NCBI GenBank assembly: GCA_900550315.1
Contig: URRK01000001.1
Span: 1 to 38,426 of the forward strand
Direction: 5' to 3'
DNA: 38,426 bases
Source of the DNA: an uncultured Oscillospiraceae bacterium
GTDB taxonomy: Bacteria > Bacillota > Clostridia > Oscillospirales > Acutalibacteraceae
Of the stretch, positions 9,846 to 17,715 are shown one piece after another. The notes under the pieces were generated by a model. The model was not told the DNA's origin and did no database searches. It was given only the letters and a program-made list of their open reading frames with translations. How positions within the stretch are numbered: the first letter of the stretch is position 1; each line of letters begins with the position of its first letter. The position numbers were made by a program, and so were the translations under genes.

Positions 9846-10945
9846 TTTAAAATAATGGGCAATACCAAATAAAGGTAATCGTCCCCCTCCAGCGGCGTAA
9901 TAACGGCGGCAGCGTTTGGTCCGTTAAACCGCACCAAAACCTCGTCCTCCTCGGTTGCCTTTAGTGCGTCTAACAAATAGCGGTTGTTAAACCCAATTTC
10001 AAACTCGCTGCCCTTTAGCTCAATGTCGCAGCAATCGGTGGCGCGACCTACCGATGAGGTGCAGCTAAAGGTTAGGCAATCCTCGTTCAGCGCGCAGCGC
10101 ACCGGGCTTTTAATTTGGTCGTTTACAATAACCAGCGAAATCCGCTCAATAATTTCAATAATCTGCGGAACATTTATTTTAATTTCCTGCGCAAAGCTTT
10201 GCGGAATAGAGCGGCTGTAATCAATGTAGGCACCCTCTAACAGGCGGGAGGTTAAAATGTAACCGTCAATTTCAAAGCTAATGTTGCGGCTGCCAACCTT
10301 AATTACAATGCTTTGCTCTTCTTCGCCAATTATTTTAACCGCCTCGCTAATGGCGCGGCTGGAAACCACAAAGCTAATTTTTTCGCTGCTGTTAATTGCT
10401 TTTTTGCGAATGGCCAAGCGGTTGCCGTCAATAGCTACTACCTTTAGCTGCCCGTTTTCAATTTCAAAATCAAGGCCGGTTAATATGGGGCGGGTGCCCT
10501 CCATTTGCGCGGCGGCAAAGCTGGTTTGCCGTACCATGCTTTTTAAATCCTCAGAAGAAAGCGTAACCGTTTTGTACTCAGCAACATTCGGCATTTCGGG
10601 AAAATCCTCCGACGCCATGCCCATAATGTCAAACACGGCGGCCCCGCAGGAAATGTGGCAAACCAAATGGTCGTCGGTTTGCAGCTGAATGGTGGTGCCG
10701 CGCACCTTGCGAATAATTTCAAATAAAATGCGGGCGCTAATTACAATGTCCCCTTGCTCGCTGCAAACAATGGGTAATTCTTTTTTCATGCTAATTTCCA
10801 TGTTGTAGGCCATTAGGGTTAGCTTGCCCTCCTCGGCGGAGAGCAGCACTCCCTCTAAAATCGGCAGCGAGGCCCTGGGGGTTACCGCGCGCTGCAAATT
10901 GGAAAGCGCGTTGACTAATAATTCGCGTTCTACTGAGATTTTCAT
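9842..10945 (-). CDS. dnaN: DNA polymerase III beta sliding clamp
   Basis: 367 aa with three-domain clamp-like sequence, in the position directly after dnaA. Confidence 0.93.
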   Translation of the reverse strand: MKISVERELLVNALSNLQRAVTPRASLPILEGVLLSAEEGKLTLMAYNMEISMKKELPIVCSEQGDIVISARILFEIIRKVRGTTIQLQTDDHLVCHISCGAAVFDIMGMASEDFPEMPNVAEYKTVTLSSEDLKSMVRQTSFAAAQMEGTRPILTGLDFEIENGQLKVVAIDGNRLAIRKKAINSSEKISFVVSSRAISEAVKIIGEEEQSIVIKVGSRNISFEIDGYILTSRLLEGAYIDYSRSIPQSFAQEIKINVPQIIEIIERISLVIVNDQIKSPVRCALNEDCLTFSCTSSVGRATDCCDIELKGSEFEIGFNNRYLLDALKATEEDEVLVRFNGPNAAAVITPLEGDDYLYLVLPIILK

Positions 10946-11207
10946 GAAAAAAGTCCCTCTATTCTTTTATTAATTTATAGCAGTAATCTTATAGGAGGTT
11001 GAAATGTTTATAACCTAAAATTTTGCCTTTAATCAGCCAAAATTCGGGCAAAAGTTATCAGCCCTCTTGGGTGAATAAAAAGTGGATAATTTAAATAACT
11101 TTTAGTTATAAACCGGGCGGTGCATAACCCGAATGTTTGTAAACCGAAAAAGGTTGATAACTTTTTTAAAAATTTAATACAAATAGTAAAAAAATCGGTT
11201 GGTAAAA
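10946..11207. other. Putative oriC segment (dnaA-dnaN spacer): DnaA-box-like 9-mers plus AT-rich tract
   Basis: One 8/9 match to TTATCCACA (TTATCCACT, complement of 11081-11089). 7/9 matches lie at 11005-11013, 11055-11063, 11106-11114, 11119-11127 and 11152-11160. AT-rich run at 11161-11200. Confidence 0.45.
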
Positions 11208-12542
11208 TCAGTCGGTCTGCAGGTTTTTAATAATGTCCTCAATCAGCTCTTTGTCAAACGGGTTTTTCTTTAAATGGTCCTCAATTTTTTGCACATTGTG
11301 CAGCACGGTGGCGTGGTCCTTGCCAAAGCTTTCGCCAATTGCTTTGTAGGAAAGCTCAGTGGTCTCCCGCGCTATGTACATGGCAACCTGCCGCGCAAAG
11401 GCAATTTGGGCCGTTTTGCGTTTGGAGATAATGTCGCTTTCCGAAACGTTAAAGGTGGTAGAAACCTCTGAAATAATCTCCTCAATTTTAATGGGCTCGG
11501 GCGTGTTGTCGCTAATAATGTCGCGAATAAAGGTTTGCGTAATGGCAATGGTGGGGGTTTTGCCCTGCAGGGTAATGTAGGCGTGCAGCTTTTTTACAAC
11601 GCCCTCTAACTGCCGGGTGTTCATTTTAATGTGCTCGGCAATAAAGTAAATAATGTTTTCGTCTAAATTAATTTTTAAAAGCTCGGCCTTGGCGCGAACA
11701 ATGCCAACCCGGGTTTCAAAATCCGGCGGCGTAATGTCCGAAATCAGGCCGCTTTCAAACCGGGAGCGAATTCGTTCGTCTAAAACTTTAATATCCTTCG
11801 GTGGGCGGTCGCTGGTAACAACAATTTGCTTGTTTTCGTGCAGCAGGGCGTCAAAGGTGTTAAAAAATTCCTCCTGCGTAGATTCCTTGCCCGCAATGAA
11901 CTGAATATCATCCATTAATAAAACATCTACCGTGCGAAAACGGTTGCGAAAATCGGCCAACGACTGTATGCCAAGCTTGCCTTCGTTAATGCATTTAATA
12001 AAAATGTTGGTAAAATCCTCGCCGCGAATGTATTCAACCTTTTTGTTGGGATAATTTTTTGCAATTTGATTTTTAATGGCAAACAACAGGTGGGTTTTGC
12101 CAACGCCCGAATTGCCGTAAATAACCAGGGGGTTGTAATCGGTGGCGGGGTGGTCGGCTACCGCCATGGCCGCCGCGTGCGCGTACCGGTTAGAGGAGCC
12201 TACAATAAAATTATCAAAGGTAAAGTGCGATTCAAACGAGCCCTCGCTTTTGTCGCTCGGCAGCTGAATTTTTACACTGTTGCGCTCTTGGTAAATAAGC
12301 TCAAACCGCACCGGAATACCAATAATATCGTTCAGGGCGCTTTCAATTTTTTCAATAAAGGTGCTTTCAAAAATGCTGCGCTTGTATTCCGAGTAAATTG
12401 AGGCCTTAAAAACCCCGTCTTTAAACTCTAAGGGTACAATGTCGGCAAACCAAACATTGTAGGCAACCTCGGTAATCATTCCCTGCTCAATACATTCGTC
12501 ACAGGCAGCTTTCCACATATCGTTAATGGATTCTATTTGCAT
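11208..12542 (-). CDS. dnaA: Chromosomal replication initiator DnaA
   Basis: Walker A GNSGVGKTHLL, LLMDDIQF, SDRPP and C-terminal DNA-binding helix DHATVLHNVQKI. Confidence 0.97.
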   Translation of the reverse strand: MQIESINDMWKAACDECIEQGMITEVAYNVWFADIVPLEFKDGVFKASIYSEYKRSIFESTFIEKIESALNDIIGIPVRFELIYQERNSVKIQLPSDKSEGSFESHFTFDNFIVGSSNRYAHAAAMAVADHPATDYNPLVIYGNSGVGKTHLLFAIKNQIAKNYPNKKVEYIRGEDFTNIFIKCINEGKLGIQSLADFRNRFRTVDVLLMDDIQFIAGKESTQEEFFNTFDALLHENKQIVVTSDRPPKDIKVLDERIRSRFESGLISDITPPDFETRVGIVRAKAELLKINLDENIIYFIAEHIKMNTRQLEGVVKKLHAYITLQGKTPTIAITQTFIRDIISDNTPEPIKIEEIISEVSTTFNVSESDIISKRKTAQIAFARQVAMYIARETTELSYKAIGESFGKDHATVLHNVQKIEDHLKKNPFDKELIEDIIKNLQTD

Positions 12543-12729
12543 GTAGCGTTAAAGTCCTTTCTTTTTAAATACCGTGGCGGCAAATAGGGCGTTAAAATTA
12601 AAAATAAACCCCAAAACCGCAGGGCCTTTTTAAATTTTGCGCTTGCCCCGCTAACCTAAACAAAACCGTTTTTACCCCGGCCGGGCACAAAAAAATGCCG
12701 CTTTTTTTACCGCATAAATATACTACTCT

Positions 12730-12758
12730 ATTCTACCATAAAATTGCAATAAATACAA
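12730..12758 (-). promoter_or_regulatory. Candidate dnaA promoter (TTGTAT-17-TAGAAT, TGn extended)
   Basis: Reverse complement reads TTGTAT ttattgcaattttatgg TAGAAT, about 180 nt upstream of the dnaA ATG. Confidence 0.45.
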
Positions 12759-12841
12759 GCATTTTAGCGGTTATTTTTACCCAAAAAAGGGTAAATTTTA
12801 AATAGGCCGGCAAGGGGTAAACGCCGTGCGCCAAAGCGGGG

Positions 12842-12870
12842 TTTACAAAGCTTTGTAAATTATTATACCA
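12842..12870 (-). promoter_or_regulatory. Extended -10 element (TGGTATAAT) abutting a perfect 18-bp palindrome TTTACAAAGCTTTGTAAA
   Basis: The palindrome at 12842-12859 is its own reverse complement. The -10 is at 12862-12867 (complement) with TG at 12869-12870. Confidence 0.4.
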
Positions 12871-13183
12871 ACACTTTAAAAATTTGCCCCCCAGTGTTAA
12901 AAACGGCAGCACTGCTTCGGGGAGTATTAAAAAATTAAGGTTTTCAGTGCGGCAACGGGTTTATTTAAAAAATAAGGGTGGCAGCCTAAAAAAGGGCTTT
13001 ATAAGTATAAACGCGGTTTAGGTGGGTTAAGGGCAACCTTTGTTAGCCTAAATTTAGCGCGCAGCCAAGCTCCGCACAAAATCCCGCGCCCCAAAAGTGC
13101 AAAAATTTGGTTTAAATTATAGCCGCCCGTTTAACGGGCATTTTGCACCATTATTCTTAGCCTTTTCCAAAGCCGGCTAAATT

Positions 13184-13220
13184 AAAAAAACGCCAACCGG
13201 GCATTTTTTTGCCCGGTTGG
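13184..13220 (-). terminator. Rho-independent terminator ending the ABC-2 operon
   Basis: CCAACCGGGC-loop-GCCCGGTTGG 10-bp stem (13193-13220), followed on the minus strand by TTTTTTT. Confidence 0.8.
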
Positions 13221-13270
13221 CTGAATAAAATTAAATGATGCAAAAGATGTGCCTTAAGCGCAATTAAAAT

Positions 13271-15145
13271 TTAAGCGGCGTCGGGAATGCCCTTGCCCTC
13301 CATAACATATTGCACATAATTGGTAAGGCTTTCGTAAATTGAGGAGCTGATAACGCCGTATTTCTCGCCGTTAATTTCAAGCATATAGCGCCGCTCCGAC
13401 TGTTTGTAAAGCTTAATAACAAAGGCTTTGCTGCCGTCGCGCGGCTTTAGCTGCGCGGTGTAGGCTGCGGTGGCGGCGCAGCTTTCGTTATTCTCGGTTG
13501 GCGAAAGGGTAACCAAATACTGGTAGTAGGCGCTCAGCAGCGAATCGTCTACGGCGGCCCCGTTAGAGGTTACCGTCATTTTTTCTTCCTTTTCGTCGTA
13601 AGCAATATCAAAGCTGTAATCCTTGCCGCCGGCGTTAATTTTAATGTTCGAAAAATCTTTTAAATACTCTAAAAACGCGTACTGGTTGTACAGGTCGGCC
13701 TCGCGTTTATCTAACATAGAAAGCGCCTCGGCCGTTACGGCGTAAACGGCGTTTCTGCCGTCTACCGTTACGGCGTAGTAATTTTTTTCTTTGTCGTACA
13801 GCTTTGCGCGAACCGTTACGCTGTTTTCGGCGTATTTTAAGGTTACAACCGCGTCGGGCGCGTTTAACCCGTAGGCGGTAATATCGGCCTTGGTGGGGGC
13901 TAATTTGTAGGTGTCAATTGCTACTAAGCCGTCGGCCAAAATGCCCAGCATGGCCGTGGCGTTATCCTCGTTTGCGTAGCGCACCTTGCTGCCAACCTTA
14001 ATTTGGTATTTTGCCATTTTGTTGCTGGTGGCGGTAAGGGTAATGGGGTTGGGGTAGTAGCTGCCCGAAAGGGTAATGGTATCAAACCCGGTAAGCTTGG
14101 TGTCGTCCTCCCCAAAATATTTGCTTTCCGAAGACTTTGCGTCATCCTTAGAAGGGGCGGTAACAATAACCGTGTTGGCCAGTTTTTCGGGCGTGGTGTT
14201 AACCTTTTCAACCGTGCCGGCCGCAACCAGGTAAACGCCCTCTACCCCGCTTACCTTGGTGTAGTAGCCGCTGCCGTCGGGGCTTAGGCTGCCAAAGCTA
14301 ATGGTGTAGTTTTCGGCCGCGTTTTGCAGGGTAACCTCTACCGTAACGGCCGGGTCGTTTAACCCGTAATCTAAACTTAAATCGGTCATTTTCCGGGTTG
14401 CGTACAGCGCGCTGCAAGAGTCGGCTACCGCGTTAATCGAGCTGTCGGCAATCAGGGCGGGGTCGTAGCCCTCTAAGCTCCAGGCAACGGTTTTTTCCGC
14501 CTCGCCCGAGGAGGCCGCGCTACTGCTGCTTTCGGTTAAAGAGCCATGAAACACCAAGGTTTTGTTTTTGGTTTTAACGGTAATTTTGCGCAGGTCGGTT
14601 GCCGTTACCTCTTTAATTTTAATAGAGGGGGTGGTGGTTTCCTCTTTTTCACTGTTTAAATTCGGCAAAAACTTAACGGCCGCAAAAACCCCGGCCCCTA
14701 AAACAATGGCCGCTGCAATTAAAATTAAAATAATGTTGCGGCGGCGCTTTTTGCCGCTTATTGTTTTTTTTGGTTTTTCGGCCAGCTCGCTTTTGGTAAA
14801 AATGGTAGAGCCCTGCAGCTCCGGCTCGTTGGCGTCCCCCTCAGCCGGGGTTTCATTCTCAGCCGGGGTTTCATTCTCAGTCGAGGTTTCATTCTCAGCC
14901 GAGGTTTCATTCTCAGCCGAGGTTTCATTCTCAGCCGAGTTTTCATTCTCAGTCGAGGTTTCCCCCTCTGCGGGGGCGGCGCTTTCTGTCGGTGCCTTTT
15001 TTGGTAAAATTTCGGGTTCGGCCGCCAAATTTTTTTCAACCTCCGGCCCGGCCGGGGGGGTTACGCTTTCCCCGGCGGCTGGGGCCGCGGCGTTTTCCGG
15101 CTCCTGCCCGGGCTGCAAATTAGGTTGCTCGTTAAAAGAACTCAA
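13271..15145 (-). CDS. Single-pass membrane protein with large extracytoplasmic region (DUF4340-like) and acidic repeat N-terminal tail
   Basis: Long ORF. I prefer the TTG at 15145, which follows AAGGAGG at 8-nt spacing and lies after the upstream stop at 15166. The ORF-track start at 15193 is also TTG but lacks an SD. TM helix NIILILIAAAIVLGAGVFAAV. Family assignment rests on context and memory. Confidence 0.8.
   Translation of the reverse strand: MSSFNEQPNLQPGQEPENAAAPAAGESVTPPAGPEVEKNLAAEPEILPKKAPTESAAPAEGETSTENENSAENETSAENETSAENETSTENETPAENETPAEGDANEPELQGSTIFTKSELAEKPKKTISGKKRRRNIILILIAAAIVLGAGVFAAVKFLPNLNSEKEETTTPSIKIKEVTATDLRKITVKTKNKTLVFHGSLTESSSSAASSGEAEKTVAWSLEGYDPALIADSSINAVADSCSALYATRKMTDLSLDYGLNDPAVTVEVTLQNAAENYTISFGSLSPDGSGYYTKVSGVEGVYLVAAGTVEKVNTTPEKLANTVIVTAPSKDDAKSSESKYFGEDDTKLTGFDTITLSGSYYPNPITLTATSNKMAKYQIKVGSKVRYANEDNATAMLGILADGLVAIDTYKLAPTKADITAYGLNAPDAVVTLKYAENSVTVRAKLYDKEKNYYAVTVDGRNAVYAVTAEALSMLDKREADLYNQYAFLEYLKDFSNIKINAGGKDYSFDIAYDEKEEKMTVTSNGAAVDDSLLSAYYQYLVTLSPTENNESCAATAAYTAQLKPRDGSKAFVIKLYKQSERRYMLEINGEKYGVISSSIYESLTNYVQYVMEGKGIPDAA
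14841..14966 (-). repeat. 18-bp in-frame tandem repeat, about 7 units, encoding (E-N-E-T-S/P-A)n
   Basis: Plus-strand units TCAGCC(G/C)(G/A)GGTTTCATTC at 14841, 14859, 14877, 14895, 14913 and 14931, with a degenerate unit at 14949. Confidence 0.95.
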
Positions 15146-15165
15146 GGTAATATCCTCCTTAATTC

Positions 15166-16998
15166 TTAATGCTTGGCCTTGCGGTAAATCCAAACGCTAA
15201 TACCGGCAACCAGCATGGCAATGGGCACAATGTAAAGGGTAATAGCCGTTACCGTGTTGTGCTGGGAATCGGTTAAAGAAACGGTGTAGGCCCCGGTTGT
15301 TTTGGGTAAAAAGTACATAGAGGAGCCGTTGCGGCCGCTGCTGATGTTGACTACATTAATGGCAAAATCTAAATTGCCAACATCGTTGTAATTGCTCCAG
15401 GAGGAGGCAATAAAGTCGGAGCTGCCAAAGTAGCCAACGTAGCTGGTCTGCTCGTCGTAATTGTTGTTATACGCAACATCCGCCGTTAGCATAATTAACG
15501 GAATGGCCTGCTTTTTCTCGGACGACGGGGGCGTGTATCCGCCGCTGGTGCCCTTGGGGGCTAAAACGGCCGTTTCGTTGGTTTTCATTAAAATGTGCGA
15601 GGTACGGGTGTCCTTTTCCTCAAACAGCTGCTGCAAAGCAATGTTTTTGGCGCAGTAGTAGTAAAGCTTAGAATCGTTTACGCCTTTGGTCAGGTCGTCC
15701 TCGTTGTTTACCAGCATAATCGAATCGTCAAAGCGGTATTTGCTGTCGGTCTCGTAAGCCATGGCGTCCTGCACACCAATGCCCCACTCCTCCATAAACT
15801 CGTTTAAATTGGGGGTGGCGGGGGAGGCGGTGCTGCCAAACACCAAAAAGCTTTTGCCCTTTTTGCCGTCGTTGTTTAAAAAAGCATCCATTAATTTCAG
15901 CTCGGTGCCGTCTAAGTCAGAGGTGGGCTTAACCAGCAAAACAAGGTTTACATCTTTTAACGCGTCGGCGGTAATTTTGCCGCTGATTTCGGTAATCTCG
16001 TAATTGTATTCGCCAAGGGCGGCGGTTAGGGTGGCGGCGTCCTCCTTAGAGCCGTGGCCGGTAAGCAGCGCCACCTTGGCCTTGTTGCTGGAGGCCACCG
16101 TGTAAATGGCACCCGAAAGCTTGCTTTCAATGTTCGAGGCCGAAATGGTGTAGTACCCGTAGCCGTAAGCGGCCCCGCCGTTCGAGGCGTCATACAGCTC
16201 GTAAACATCTTTAAAGGTAATTACTGTGCTTAATTTTTCGCCGTTCCGGTTGGCCGAAACAATAATGTCCCCGTACGAAATTTGGGTGTTGCTGCCGCTT
16301 TCCAGCGCGTCAAAATCCGGGCTTTGCGGGTCTACGTAACGCACCTTAATGTGGCTGTTGTACTTGTTGTAGCTTTCTACCATGGTAACCGTTTGGTTAA
16401 AGTAGTTGTAGGGGGTGTTGTTTTCCTGCACATAGTAGGTGTTGTAGGCGTAGTTTATCATGTCGGCGCCGGTGTAGCTGTCCCGCGGGGCGCAAACCGT
16501 AACGGTAACGTCGCTGGTAATGCTTTTAATAAAATTAATATTCTCCTGCGTTAGGGAGTTGGAATTGTCGGTGGTAACATCCAGCGTGGTGGGCAGCTTG
16601 TTGGCAATAACGGCCGAAACAACATTTACCAAAATTAAAACGGCCAGCAAAATAGCGCCCGAAAGGATCATAAAGGTGCTGCGCTTGGCAAAGTTTACAT
16701 TTTTTAGCTTTTTGCCCTTTTTAGCCTTTTTGGCTGCCTTTTCAGCGGCTTTTTCGGCTTTACTGTTGGTCTTTTCGTTTTTTTCAGCCTTTTCGGTTTT
16801 TTCCTCGGCCGCCTCAGCCTTGGTTTCAGCCGCCTCAGCCTTGGTTTCAGCCGCCTCAGCCTTGGTTTCAAACGCCTCAGCCTTGGTTTCAAACGCCTCA
16901 GCCTTGGTTTCGGCCGCAGCGGCCTTTAATTCCTCCGGCACGGCGGCGTTTAGCTGCTGCGCGTTATTTTCGGCGTTTTGTAAATTCTTTTCATCCAT
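15166..16998 (-). CDS. GldG-like ABC-transporter auxiliary protein (N- and C-terminal TM anchors, large extracytoplasmic domain) with repeat-bearing N-terminal tail
   Basis: 610 aa. RBS GGGAGGTG. TM near residue 110 and a C-terminal TM ITLYIVPIAMLVAGISVWIY. It follows the ABC-2 ATPase and permease as in gldA-gldF-gldG type loci. Confidence 0.7.
   Translation of the reverse strand: MDEKNLQNAENNAQQLNAAVPEELKAAAAETKAEAFETKAEAFETKAEAAETKAEAAETKAEAAEEKTEKAEKNEKTNSKAEKAAEKAAKKAKKGKKLKNVNFAKRSTFMILSGAILLAVLILVNVVSAVIANKLPTTLDVTTDNSNSLTQENINFIKSITSDVTVTVCAPRDSYTGADMINYAYNTYYVQENNTPYNYFNQTVTMVESYNKYNSHIKVRYVDPQSPDFDALESGSNTQISYGDIIVSANRNGEKLSTVITFKDVYELYDASNGGAAYGYGYYTISASNIESKLSGAIYTVASSNKAKVALLTGHGSKEDAATLTAALGEYNYEITEISGKITADALKDVNLVLLVKPTSDLDGTELKLMDAFLNNDGKKGKSFLVFGSTASPATPNLNEFMEEWGIGVQDAMAYETDSKYRFDDSIMLVNNEDDLTKGVNDSKLYYYCAKNIALQQLFEEKDTRTSHILMKTNETAVLAPKGTSGGYTPPSSEKKQAIPLIMLTADVAYNNNYDEQTSYVGYFGSSDFIASSWSNYNDVGNLDFAINVVNISSGRNGSSMYFLPKTTGAYTVSLTDSQHNTVTAITLYIVPIAMLVAGISVWIYRKAKH
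16810..16914 (-). repeat. 21-bp in-frame tandem repeat, 5 units, encoding (E-T-K-A-E-A-A/F)5
   Basis: Plus-strand units CGCCTCAGCCTTGGTTTC(AGC/AAA/GGC) start at 16810, 16831, 16852, 16873 and 16894. Confidence 0.95.
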
Positions 16999-17013
16999 TC
17001 TTCGGCACCTCCC

Positions 17014-17715
17014 TTAAGCCCAGCGTTTTTTATCCAGCACAGCGGTGGCAAGGTACAAAAACAGCACCGTAACGCTGGCAAAAAATACAATGTTCGAAAA
17101 ATCTATTTTTCCGCTGGTAAAGGCGTTGTAGCGCGTAACAAAGGAGATGTAGGTGGTGGCGTTTGTAAACCAGGTTGCGTCAACGCTTTGCGAAAAATAA
17201 TCAATTTGCATAATAAAAAACGAAACCACAATGCCAAAAATGCCGGCAATAATCTGGCTCTCGGTTAAGGCCGAAATAAACAGCCCAATTGCTAAAATTG
17301 AGGAGCCCAGCAGCGCAATGCCCAACAAATCGGCCAAAAAGGCCAGCCAGTTTACCGAGGTGCTGAGCATTAAAATAAATACGTAAATAAAGGTCATTGC
17401 AAAGGGCAGCATAAACAGCGTTAGCGCCGCAAAAAATTTGCCGTAAATAATTTTCCAAAGCTTTACCGGCGCGGTCAGCAGCAGCTGGTCTACCTTTTGG
17501 CGCTTATCCTCACTTAGCAGTCGCATGGTAATAATGGGGCAAACCAGCAGCGCAATGGTAGAAATGCTCATAAACACAAAAGAAATATTGGTGTAGTTGT
17601 TGCGGTACATGTAGGAAAAATAAAGCCCTAACAATAGCAGCATAACCGAGCAAACAATGTACCCAATGGGGGAGGTAAAGTAAGACTTCATTTCCCTTTT
17701 ATAAATGGCGTGCAT
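17014..17715 (-). CDS. ABC-2 family permease (GldF-like)
   Basis: 233 aa, 6 TM. N-terminus YKREMKSYFTSPIGYIV is typical of this family. Start overlaps the ATPase stop (TAATG). Confidence 0.85.
   Translation of the reverse strand: MHAIYKREMKSYFTSPIGYIVCSVMLLLLGLYFSYMYRNNYTNISFVFMSISTIALLVCPIITMRLLSEDKRQKVDQLLLTAPVKLWKIIYGKFFAALTLFMLPFAMTFIYVFILMLSTSVNWLAFLADLLGIALLGSSILAIGLFISALTESQIIAGIFGIVVSFFIMQIDYFSQSVDATWFTNATTYISFVTRYNAFTSGKIDFSNIVFFASVTVLFLYLATAVLDKKRWA

Noticed and set aside
12543-13270. rpmH/rnpA expected divergent from dnaA
   Set aside because: No small Arg/Lys-rich ORF resembling MKRTFQP... appears on either strand. The only short ORFs give nonsense peptides without an SD.
14562-15200. 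212-aa plus-strand ORF antisense to the DUF4340-like gene (and the similar 165-aa ORF at 16520-17017)
   Set aside because: These ORFs are kept open by the tandem repeats and biased composition. The products are Ser/Ala/Phe repeats and there is no SD.
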